Virus record (IMG/VR): IMGVR_UViG_3300037510_000569
Location: 62,732 to 126,731 of that record
Origin: a virus
Taxonomy: Duplodnaviria > Heunggongvirae > Uroviricota > Caudoviricetes
Direction: 5' to 3' (one strand)
Length of the DNA stretch: 64,000 nt
Shown in pieces: positions 43,886 to 53,100 of the stretch. How positions within the stretch are numbered: the first letter of the stretch is position 1; each line of letters starts with the position of its first letter. Both the position numbers and the translations under genes were made by a program. A model generated the notes under the pieces. That model worked only from the letters and a program-made list of their open reading frames with translations, searched no databases and was not told where the DNA came from.

Positions 43886-44404
43886 ATGCCGGCCGGGAAC
43901 GACGCACAGGCTGCCTACAGCGAGCTCACCGATCGCTTCGGTGCCGGTCACGGCCGCGCCGAGGACCTGATCGAGGCCCGCCGGGATGCCTACCCCGAGG
44001 AGCTGCGCGCTGCGCAGCTCCGGGGGGTAGACGAGAACGCCACGGCGCTGATCGACGACGCTGAAGTCGCCGATGCCGCCGGGGTAGACGAGGCAGCGAT
44101 CCAGTCCAAGGCAGTCCGCGGCGATGCGGTAATCGCCGTGGTCGAAGGCGACGATGGCCGCACGGCGAAGGTCATGCTGCCCCTGTCGGTCTTCGAGGAC
44201 GTGGCGGAGGAGGCTGGTCAGGAAGACAGCGGCCCCACCGCGATCTTCGCCTCGGACGCCGCGGAGGAGTTCGCCAACTCGAAGAACCTGACGGCAGAGA
44301 CCATCGCGGTCTACCTGCCCGATGGCGGTTCGGGCAAGGACGGCTCCTTCACCAAGTCCGATGTCGCCAAGGCGGCAGAGGCAAAGGCGGCGGCCGCGGT
44401 CTAG
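43886..44404 (+). CDS. hypothetical structural protein
   Basis: ATG immediately after the capsid-gene stop; acidic, Ala-rich. Confidence 0.4.
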   Translation: MPAGNDAQAAYSELTDRFGAGHGRAEDLIEARRDAYPEELRAAQLRGVDENATALIDDAEVADAAGVDEAAIQSKAVRGDAVIAVVEGDDGRTAKVMLPLSVFEDVAEEAGQEDSGPTAIFASDAAEEFANSKNLTAETIAVYLPDGGSGKDGSFTKSDVAKAAEAKAAAAV

Positions 44405-44478
44405 CCGCTCGTTCAAAGCAAGGCTCTGACGAGGGCCGGGGCCTGACGGTCCCGGCCCTTGTCACGTAAGGAGGAAAC

Positions 44479-45006
44479 GTGGAAGCACCAACCGTCACCG
44501 AGATTCGCCTCTGGTCCCGCGTTGACTTCGCCGATCTCGAATACGAGGCGACGACCGACCCCGAAAAAGATCCGCTGAAAGTCCTGGTCTCGCGCTCGAT
44601 CGACTACGTGATGGACGTGACCGGGCGGACGCTCGAAGATGTGCCGACCGAGCTCGTCACGACCGCGCAGGAGGCGATCCAGCGCCGCGTCGAGCAGCTG
44701 GCCTACCAGCAGCAGGAAGACCACGTAGAGACCGCAGCGGACGAGCTGATCAGCTCCTTCGGCGCCGGCTCCTACAACGAGCGCAAGCGCGAAGTCAAGG
44801 ACCTCGGCGTGCAGCAGACCAAACAGGTCAACAACTGGCACCTCCTCCACGACTTGCTCTGGCGCCTGATGACCGAAGAGAAACGCGAATGGTGGGAAGA
44901 ACAGATCACCGGCAAGAACCGGCCCGCCTTCGCCGTCACCGAGGTCGATTGGCAGGGCGGCGACTACCTCGGCCCCGCCAGCGATCCCTACCTTCACGGG
45001 GCGTAA
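44479..45006 (+). CDS. putative head-tail connector/adaptor protein
   Basis: GTG after aaggagg; position between capsid and tail genes. Confidence 0.4.
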   Translation: MEAPTVTEIRLWSRVDFADLEYEATTDPEKDPLKVLVSRSIDYVMDVTGRTLEDVPTELVTTAQEAIQRRVEQLAYQQQEDHVETAADELISSFGAGSYNERKREVKDLGVQQTKQVNNWHLLHDLLWRLMTEEKREWWEEQITGKNRPAFAVTEVDWQGGDYLGPASDPYLHGA

Positions 45007-45432
45007 GTGGCGCTGGGCAGCGCCATGAAGGACCGCGGGCGCATCCTCCGCAAGGAGGCCGACGCCAAGCGGGTCGAGGGCCGCACCAAGTTCAATCCGC
45101 GGGCTCTGCCGCTCTTCCGCTGCCGCCTGACGATCCAGGATGCCGCGGAGAGCCCGGAGGAGGGCGGACTCGTGACCAAGCGCCCGGTGCCCCAGCTGAT
45201 GACCCTCGCCAAAGACACCGAGCGCAACAAGCTGGAGTTCAGGATCGGCGACTCGGTGGAAGTCGAATCACGCGACCTCGGCGTCGCCGAGGAGAAGGGC
45301 TGGCACCTGGTCGGTGTCTTCGAGGTCGAAGGGGAGCCCAAACCGATCCGCAAGAAGCGGCGTGTGATCGGCTGGGAGCTTCGCCTCGCCCGCCTCGACG
45401 AGGACAACTTCGATCGCGGCAGGACGACCTGA
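45007..45432 (+). CDS. putative head-closure / head-tail joining protein
   Basis: GTG immediately after the upstream stop; 141 aa; position. Confidence 0.4.
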   Translation: MALGSAMKDRGRILRKEADAKRVEGRTKFNPRALPLFRCRLTIQDAAESPEEGGLVTKRPVPQLMTLAKDTERNKLEFRIGDSVEVESRDLGVAEEKGWHLVGVFEVEGEPKPIRKKRRVIGWELRLARLDEDNFDRGRTT

Positions 45433-45938
45433 TGCCCTACATCGGCGGCAAGCTCGCGCCCTGGTTCGATCGAGGCCCGATCACCCCGACGCTGAAAAAC
45501 ATGGCGCGGCTCGGCGCTCACCGCGGGCGCGAGCTGGCCGAGCGCTTCACGCCGGTAGACACTGGCGACCTGAAGCGATCGTGGAAGGAGAGCCGCGCGC
45601 ACAAAGTCGTCGGCTCGACCTATCCGGGCTCGGGCTACGGAGCCTCCTGGTACACCGAGGTCGACTACGCCCCCTACGTCGAGCACGGCACCGGCCTGTG
45701 GGGACCCGAGCACCGCAAGTACCTGATCCTGCCGAAAAAACCAGGTGGCGTCCTGCACTGGGTCGATGCTGGGGGCCACGATGTCTTTGCCGCCAAAGTC
45801 CTCCACCCCGGCTCGCCCGGCGCCCACATGCTGGCGAAGTCTGCAGCGAGGTTGGAAATGAGCCTCGAGAGCGTGCTCCGGCCGGCGCTGCGCAACTGGG
45901 CGCGCGTCACCGAGCACCAGAACCCCTACGCCGTATGA
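45432..45938 (+). CDS. HK97 gp10-like neck / tail-completion protein
   Basis: Real start is an internal ATG of ORF 44889..45938 that overlaps the upstream stop; TGDLKRSW..VGSTYPGSGYGASWYTEVDYAPYVEHG. Confidence 0.45.
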   Translation: MPYIGGKLAPWFDRGPITPTLKNMARLGAHRGRELAERFTPVDTGDLKRSWKESRAHKVVGSTYPGSGYGASWYTEVDYAPYVEHGTGLWGPEHRKYLILPKKPGGVLHWVDAGGHDVFAAKVLHPGSPGAHMLAKSAARLEMSLESVLRPALRNWARVTEHQNPYAV

Positions 45939-46474
45939 GGACCAGCCGAGATGCCATCCGCTCGCTCGCCCGCTACATGTCGCGGGCCTTCGGCCCTGAC
46001 TGGGAGGTCGGCTTCTTCTCGGAGGAGGGAACCTTCGGCAGGCCAGGGGTCATGGTCAAGGCGACTGGCCCACAGCTATCCAGCGGCTCCCGGCACACGA
46101 TCGATGTGATCCAGCCCTTCGCGGTCTACGCCTACCCCGCCGAAGCGGAGGGCGTCGAAGACACCTTCGACAACGCAATGGTGGCCGAGGAGATCATCTG
46201 GCACGCCTTCAACGTGGGCGTCGGAGAGGGAAGACCAGGCCGAGTGCCGCTGTTCGACTACGAGGGCGTCCCGATCGACGAACCGACGAGCCTGCGTCGC
46301 TACCCCGACTACATGCGGGTGCTGGATCTAAGCATCGACCGCGCCCAGGCACCCGAAGACGAAAAGAAGTGGACCGTCACCGCCGAGCTCCGCCTCGGCT
46401 GGCGCCGCGCCGGCGAGCTACCGAGCGGCACACGTCTGGCCCAGTCATTGAGGACGCTCGAAATCACCCCGTAG
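45935..46474 (+). CDS. putative neck / tail terminator protein
   Basis: ATGA overlap; position just upstream of the sheath gene. Confidence 0.4.
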   Translation: MRTSRDAIRSLARYMSRAFGPDWEVGFFSEEGTFGRPGVMVKATGPQLSSGSRHTIDVIQPFAVYAYPAEAEGVEDTFDNAMVAEEIIWHAFNVGVGEGRPGRVPLFDYEGVPIDEPTSLRRYPDYMRVLDLSIDRAQAPEDEKKWTVTAELRLGWRRAGELPSGTRLAQSLRTLEITP

Positions 46475-46477
46475 TCA

Positions 46478-46545
46478 AAAAGTCAATCCGGGGGTGGACC
46501 CTTGCTGCGCTGCTACCTTCGACGGCAGTTGGCGCAGCAGACCAA
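46478..46545 (+). promoter_or_regulatory. conserved structural-operon motif, copy 2
   Basis: aaaagtcaatccgggggtggacccttgctgcgctgctacc...ggcgcagcag with inverted repeat ctgctgcgc/gcgcagcag. Confidence 0.5.
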
Positions 46546-46568
46546 GACCGACTTCTCGTAGGAGAGAC

Positions 46569-46808
46569 ATGGCCGACGACAAATCCACCGCTTCGGAACC
46601 CGGCAAGAAGGAGCAGGCGAAGGAGCCTGCCGAGGAGAAGGTCGAGCGCGAGCGCCTCATCGCCGAGTCCCACCAGTTCTTCGGCTTCGGCCCGCATGTC
46701 GTGGCCGGTGCTCTATACGGCCTCGACGATCGTGCAACCGCCTTCAAACCGTCCGATGTCGAGGAGGCGATCGAGAAGTTCCTCAAGCGCAAGGTGAAGG
46801 AGGCCTAA
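46569..46808 (+). CDS. hypothetical small structural protein
   Basis: RBS taggagagac before the ATG; 79 aa. Confidence 0.4.
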   Translation: MADDKSTASEPGKKEQAKEPAEEKVERERLIAESHQFFGFGPHVVAGALYGLDDRATAFKPSDVEEAIEKFLKRKVKEA

Positions 46809-46811
46809 GAG

Positions 46812-48293
46812 ATGCCCTTCTCGAAATCAAACCGCCCCACGCTGCCGGACAGCTACTTCAACTTCGAAACGACCCCGACCACGGTCATCCCGCCGGCAGC
46901 GGGCTCGACGGTCGCAGTCCCGATCATCAACGACTGGGGTCCTTTCAAGGAGGCGCACCTAGTCTCCTCCTTCGCGCAGTACCAGGCGCTCTACGGCTAC
47001 TCCGACGACACGCCCGGCTACCTCGCGGTCAAGCAGGCGTTCCTCGGCGAGGGCCTGGCCGGCCGCCTCGGCGCGGGCGCGGTGCTCGTCTACCGCTTCG
47101 GCGACACCGGCGCTGCGAAGGCGACGAAAACGCTGAAAAACACCGAGGGCTCCCCGGCAGACGCGATCAAAGTCAGCGCCAAATACGAGGGCACGCGAGG
47201 CAACGACCTGCGGATCACCACCCGCGACAACGCCGCCGACGCGACCAAGGACGACTTCGTTCTGCTCGACGGCACCGCCGTCCTGGAGACCTACACCTAC
47301 CTCGAGGCCGACATTGCCGACCTCGTGGCGAAGATCAACAAACGGTCCAACTGGATCACGGCCGAACTGAAAAAAGATGGCACCAAACTGGCGACCGTCA
47401 CCAGCACCGCGATGACCGGCGGCGACGACGGCAACGAACCCGTCGCCGAAGACTGGACCGACGTGATGGATCAGATCGCCCTCGAGCGCTTCGGGATCTT
47501 CGCGCCCTACAACCTCACCGACGAATCGATCATCGCTGCGATCCAGGCCTGGGTCCGCGACCAGAACGACAACAAGAACAAGCGCTTCATGGCTGTCGTC
47601 GGCGGCAAAATCGGCGAGGAAGTCGAAGAAGCCAACGAACGCTCCGAAGCGATCGCCGACCCCGAAGTCGTCAACATCGGCGGCGGCACCTACCGCGACG
47701 AGGACCTCGGTCCCGGCGGAGCGGAAATCGAACTTTCGACCGCACAGCTCGCGCCGCGGATCGCTGGAATCCTCGCCGCCAAGGGCGAGTACGCAGCGCT
47801 CACCTACGCGCGTCTGGCCGGTCTGTCGATCGTCAAAGGCGCGACCGACGCGGAGATCGCGGTCGCCTACGACGCGGGCACCGTCGTCCTGGCTCGGGAC
47901 GACGATCCGGATGCGCCGACGCACATCAAAGTCGGTCACTCGACCTGGACGGAAGCCGACGCGGAGGCCGAAGACCTCAAGCCCTACATCATCTACCGCG
48001 AGCCGAAGTACGTCCGCACGATGCACGGCATCCAGTCGGACCTCAGTGCCTACTTCCGCAGGGAAATCCTCGGACGCCGGCCGGTCAACGACGACACGCG
48101 GGACGCGGTCATCTCGGAGGCCAAGCGCCTCCTGGACGAGCGTCAGCGCCTCGGCGTGATCCAGCCCGGATGGAAGGTGGGGATCGACCAGGACCCGCCG
48201 CCTTCCGACGATGACGAGTTCGTCGCCCTGATCGTCGAACTCAAGTTCGGTCGCGCCCTCAAGCAGGTGTTCGTCTCGCTGAAGATCAGCTAG
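46812..48293 (+). CDS. tail sheath protein
   Basis: 493 aa, immediately upstream of the tube gene; composition and motifs typical of contractile-tail sheath proteins. Confidence 0.7.
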   Translation: MPFSKSNRPTLPDSYFNFETTPTTVIPPAAGSTVAVPIINDWGPFKEAHLVSSFAQYQALYGYSDDTPGYLAVKQAFLGEGLAGRLGAGAVLVYRFGDTGAAKATKTLKNTEGSPADAIKVSAKYEGTRGNDLRITTRDNAADATKDDFVLLDGTAVLETYTYLEADIADLVAKINKRSNWITAELKKDGTKLATVTSTAMTGGDDGNEPVAEDWTDVMDQIALERFGIFAPYNLTDESIIAAIQAWVRDQNDNKNKRFMAVVGGKIGEEVEEANERSEAIADPEVVNIGGGTYRDEDLGPGGAEIELSTAQLAPRIAGILAAKGEYAALTYARLAGLSIVKGATDAEIAVAYDAGTVVLARDDDPDAPTHIKVGHSTWTEADAEAEDLKPYIIYREPKYVRTMHGIQSDLSAYFRREILGRRPVNDDTRDAVISEAKRLLDERQRLGVIQPGWKVGIDQDPPPSDDDEFVALIVELKFGRALKQVFVSLKIS

Positions 48294-48329
48294 AGCCGCG
48301 CGCAAGGGATCACGAAAGGAATCTGACCA

Positions 48330-48896
48330 ATGCCATCACCACTTGTCACCAACGAGGGGCTCTTCCGAATGGGGGGCATGTGGGGGGCTGCCTTCGACTC
48401 GGCAGGAAATCTCCTGGCCGAGGTCACGGAGGTCTCCGCCACGGTCGAGGTCAACCGCCTCGAGGTGCCGCTCGTCGGCAAAACCAAGCAGGGCTACAAG
48501 CCCGGTCGTGAGTCCCGCGAGGGAACCTTCCGCGTCCAGAAGATCGACGCGAAGTGGGAGCTGCAGGTCTACGACTTCATCAACACCGACATCGAAGCGC
48601 GGCGCGCGATGCGCGGCACGGTCAACTCGGTGCTGAAACCGTTCTCGCTGCTGGTCGGCTACAACGACCCCGAGGCGCTCGGCGAAGAGAAGTGGCGGCT
48701 GGATGGCTGCCTGCTCTGGCGCCTGCCGCTCGGGTTCTCGATCGGCGACGACATTCGGGATCTCGAGTTCCCCTTCACCTTCGAGTCCGAGAAGCCGATC
48801 ACCGCGTTCGTCCGCACCGGGACGACCGACGCGACGACCGGGCTCCCCGCGATTTCGTACCGCTTCTCCAAAGGCGTGCCCTCCGGGGCCGCGTAA
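48330..48896 (+). CDS. tail tube protein
   Basis: 188 aa, follows the sheath gene, beta-rich. Confidence 0.6.
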   Translation: MPSPLVTNEGLFRMGGMWGAAFDSAGNLLAEVTEVSATVEVNRLEVPLVGKTKQGYKPGRESREGTFRVQKIDAKWELQVYDFINTDIEARRAMRGTVNSVLKPFSLLVGYNDPEALGEEKWRLDGCLLWRLPLGFSIGDDIRDLEFPFTFESEKPITAFVRTGTTDATTGLPAISYRFSKGVPSGAA

Positions 48897-48922
48897 GCCC
48901 GCTCACGGGCTGAAAGGCCGAC

Positions 48923-49321
48923 ATGAGCGAGCTCGTAGACCACGAGCGGGCATGGCTTCACCTCAAGGCCTACATCGCCTCCAAGCGATCGCATGGAGGA
49001 CGAGAACTGGCCGAGGTCATGGCCCGGCTCGAGGTCGAGTCGATGTACGGGGACGAGGCACCCCGACCAGATGCCTCAACCGATTCAGGACCACTCACCT
49101 CCGACGCCGATGAGCCGTCGGGCGCGATGTCCGAGACCCCAGACCCACTAGCCGCCGAAGGAGGCGACTCATGGCAGACACCAGCAAGCCGACCGACGAG
49201 CGCGAGGAACGCATCGAGGAGGCCCCAGAGAAGTCCGAGTCCAACGGAGCCGGAGGGGGAGAGTCCGAACTCTCCGACCAGAAGCTCCAGGAACGGCTCG
49301 AGGCCCAGCGTAGCGGTCTGA
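48923..49321 (+). CDS. tail assembly chaperone (G-like); the 3' 150 nt overlap the next gene in another frame
   Basis: Position between tube and tape measure; the tail of the ORF is junk-like, suggesting the real end is reached by frameshifting or lies earlier. Confidence 0.4.
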   Translation: MSELVDHERAWLHLKAYIASKRSHGGRELAEVMARLEVESMYGDEAPRPDASTDSGPLTSDADEPSGAMSETPDPLAAEGGDSWQTPASRPTSARNASRRPQRSPSPTEPEGESPNSPTRSSRNGSRPSVAV

Positions 49322-49848
49322 AGACCGTTGGCAGTGAGGGCGAGGAGCCACGCGCGGGCTCCACGGCCGTAGCCGCAGCGCGCGACGGCCGCAAGCTGAC
49401 CGACGGGGAGAAGTCCTCGGCGCTCAACTGGTTCCTCAACGAGGACCCTCGTGCAGCGGACGAAGAGACCAAGCACCTCGAACTGAACTTCGGAACCCAG
49501 GACGAGCCGAACTACATCGACTGGACGATCAAGCCCGTGCCGATGGAGGTCATGCGGGCGGTTCGCCGCAAGGCCGCCAACACGCGCCTGGCGCGGACCA
49601 CGGGGGAGGTCGACGAGTACCGCGTCAACCTCGAGATCGTCGTCGAGGGCACCCTGGACCCCGACATCCGCGCCGCTGCTCAGCAGCTCGCAGAGGAAGG
49701 GCGAGGACCTGGAGACCCCGTGGATGCGCTGCGGGCGAAGTTCCAGTCCAAACCCGGCTACATCGCGCAGCTGGCGGGTCAGATCATGACCCTCTCCGGC
49801 TTCAACGATGAGGACGTACGCGAGGCGGAGAAGGCCGCAAAAAACTAG
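49171..49848 (+). CDS. tail assembly chaperone (T-like, or the frameshift extension partner)
   Basis: Strong RBS gaaggagg 8 nt before the ATG; lies in the -1 frame relative to 48923..49321. Confidence 0.45.
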   Translation: MADTSKPTDEREERIEEAPEKSESNGAGGGESELSDQKLQERLEAQRSGLKTVGSEGEEPRAGSTAVAAARDGRKLTDGEKSSALNWFLNEDPRAADEETKHLELNFGTQDEPNYIDWTIKPVPMEVMRAVRRKAANTRLARTTGEVDEYRVNLEIVVEGTLDPDIRAAAQQLAEEGRGPGDPVDALRAKFQSKPGYIAQLAGQIMTLSGFNDEDVREAEKAAKN

Positions 49849-49850
49849 TC

Positions 49851-50156
49851 ATGGCGGGAGGGGAGGCACTCGTGCTCGCGCTGGCTATGAAGGCCGGGCA
49901 CGACCCCTACCGCCTCTACAACTCGCTCGACGCCGAGTATCGCCGGACCACGGCCCCGCACCCGTGCCCGATGTGCTACTCGCTGCCGCTGAAACGAGGT
50001 GTCAGCGAGTGCTCCATGTGCCGCAACCGCGGGGTCGTCTTCCTCCCCACCGACGAGCTCAGCGAGCCTCGGCTGCCGCCTTACCCGCACAGGGTCAAGG
50101 CGTTCTCCTACGGCTGCATCTGGGCGCTGAACGAGCTGGAAGGCGGCCGGAGGTAG
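49851..50156 (+). CDS. small Cys-rich zinc-ribbon protein
   Basis: CPMC...CSMC; ATG 3 nt after the chaperone stop. Confidence 0.4.
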   Translation: MAGGEALVLALAMKAGHDPYRLYNSLDAEYRRTTAPHPCPMCYSLPLKRGVSECSMCRNRGVVFLPTDELSEPRLPPYPHRVKAFSYGCIWALNELEGGRR

Positions 50157-50159
50157 GTC

Positions 50160-53100
50160 ATGGCCGCCACGGTCGAGGGGCTCTTCAAGATCATCGACGG
50201 CGCGAGCGGTCCGATGAAACGGATGGAGCGCCAGGCCAAACAGACCGACAAAGCGATCGACAAACTCGGCGATCGCCTCGACAGGGTCGGCTCTGACAAG
50301 CAGCTCAAGCAGATGGACCAGGTGGATCGCCAGATCCGCTCCATCGACCGCGACTCCCGCACGTTCGCCGGTGGCTCCGGCGGCGGCGGGCGTCTGCGCT
50401 CCACCCTGCAAGGCGCTGGTGATGACTCCGATCGGCTGAGCACCAAACTCGCGCGAGTCGGCATCTCGCTGGCGAGCATCGGCAAGATTTTCCAGGCGCT
50501 GAAACTACCCCTGATCGTCGCGGGGGTGGTTGCCCTGGTCCAGGGCGTCTCGGCGCTCGCCGGTGGCCTCGTCGCCTTGCTCCCCCAGCTCACCGATGTC
50601 GCCGGCGTCGCCGCAGCCCTGCCCGCCAGCCTGGCCGGAATCGGCATCGCTGCGATCTCGGTGAAACTGGCGCTGGGCGGGATGGGGGCTGCGCTCAAAG
50701 GGACGAAAGGGGCGATGGCACAGCTGACGCCTCAGGCGCGTGAGTTCGTGCGCACCCTGAAAGAGCTGAAACCGATCGGCAGGTCCCTGCGCAACAGCGC
50801 CCAGGCTGGTCTGCTGCCAGGGCTGACCGAAGCGCTGACCCAGCTGAAAGGCGGGGTCCCGATGGCCCAGCGGCTCCTGAAACGGGGCGGTGCCACCGTC
50901 GGCGGCATCGCCGATCGCGCAGCGACGGCCTTCACCCAGCCTGGCTTCATGCGTGACCTTGAGGGGATCGGCAACCAGGGCCTGACGGTCGTCAATCGAC
51001 TGGGTTCGGCCTTCATCAACGTCGCCGAGGCGATTCGCCATGTGGCCGTCGTCGCCCGCCCCTTCACCGACTGGCTGACCAAAACGATCCTGGGCTGGAC
51101 ACAAATGTGGGAGGTCTCCGCGCGCGCTGGGCGTCAGACGGGCGAGATGAGCCGCTTCTTCGATCGAACCCGGGCCTCCCTGGAAACCTTCGGCTCGATC
51201 CTCTCGAACCTCTGGGGGACCTTCCGCGGTATCGGCAAAGCGGCGCGCCCGCTAGGCGAAGACCTCTGGGAGAGTGCTGACAAAGCGACCGACCGCTGGG
51301 ACCGCTTCGCTAACTCGCTCGCTGGACAGAACCAGCTGCGCGAATACTTCGACGGGCTCAAAGACAACCTGCACGCAATCTTCGACTTCACCGGAGAGCT
51401 GAGCAAGGCGTTCCTGCGGCTGGGTACCTCGAGCGGCTTCACCTCGACCGCCGACGCGCTGACCAAGGCGATCCAGCCGCTCGAGCATCTCTTCCAGATG
51501 ATCGGCGAAAAGTTCGGGCCGCGCTTCGCCGTGACCCTCGAACAGCTGATCCGCCTCTTCGACAACCTGGGTGGCACCTCCAGCTCGCTCGCCACGTTGA
51601 TCGACATGCTGAACCTGTTGCTGGAAGGGATCAACGCCCTGCTGGAAAAGATCCCTGGCCTCTCAAACCTGCTCGCCGGGGTGCTGAGCGTCGCCGCGAT
51701 CTCCAGCCTCGCCTCGCGCCTGCGTGTGCTGGCTGGTTCCTGGGGCCTGGTGGCCAAGGGCGCCGCCGACGCCGCGGTCGCACAGCGCGCGGCGGCGACC
51801 TCCGGCGCGGTCGCCGGCGCGGCCGGGGCCACCGGGGGCTTCCTGCCGATGATCTTCGGCCGCGGCCGCGGCGGCGTCGGGCGTGGAGGGGTGGCGAAGC
51901 CAGCCGGGATGCTGAGCGCCGCGGACATGGAGGCGATGGGTCTCGGCGCGGCGGCGGGCGGTGGCTTGGCGCGAGGAGCCGGCGGTATGCTCGCCAGGGG
52001 CGCTGGGAGCCTCGCACGCTTCCTCGGGCCGGTGGCCCTCCTGTTCGGTGGCGTAAGCGCTCTGACGGGTCCTGGTGGCCTCTCAGCGGCTCCGCAGCGC
52101 TTCGCCAGCGGTGCGACCTTCGGGATGATCCCTGAACCGCTTAGCACCGATCAGCAGCAGTCCAAAGGCGGGACGATGGCTGGCGAACTGTCGCGGAATG
52201 TCTTCCGCAACGTCAAAGGCAAAGGGCTAGCGGGACTCAAATTCGCGCGCGGCTACCTGGGCATTGGAACCGGCGATCCCCGCGAGCTTCTCGAAGCAGG
52301 CAACACCGGGACCTCGATCCTCGGCGGTGACACCTTCAACCAGAAGCTCAGCGACTCCGGCATCGAGGCCGCCCGCGCTGCCTTCAAAAAGGCGATCAAA
52401 CAGATCAACATGGAGATCGCCAGCCGAAGCGCCGACGCGGGCGTCAAATCGATCGAAGACTTCTCCAAAGCCTGGGCGATCCGCGCGAAGGCCCAGAGCG
52501 CTCGCCAGGCAGCCGATGCGCTCCTGCAGCCGCTCCTCAAACGCATCGGTCCGGTGCTTGGCAAGCAGGGCTCGACCGAGCTCGCCAACGCCTCGCTGCG
52601 CTGGTACGCAACCGCGGCCAAGCACAACCCCAAGCTGCGCGGCCTCTACGACGAACTAGCCGATGGCATCGAGCGCCGCTTCCGCCGGATGGGGGAGAAC
52701 ATCGAGGTGGTCAACGGCCGGATCTACACCGGCTCGAGCAAGGAATGGAAAGCGATCGCCGACGGGATGAGCTCGCAGGCCGAGCGCGCCAAGCAGGAAG
52801 TCTCCTCGGCCTTCACCGCGCTCCAGCGCCAGGCTGTCGGCTCCCTGATCGCTATGGGCTACGACCGCCAGCAGGCGACCAACATCGTCAAAGGGCTGGA
52901 GCACGGCGGCGCGGCTGGTCGGGTTGCTGAAGCCAACGCCGAAACCGGCCCGGTCCTCAACGGCCAGCTTCCCTTCACGCCGCCCGGTCAGCAGGCGAAA
53001 ATGGGCCACCACGGGGGCCACCGCGCCCGCGGCGGCCGCGTACCGGGCTTCGGCAACCAAGATCGCTACGCGCTAGGCGGCGGTCATGTTGGTGCTGCGG

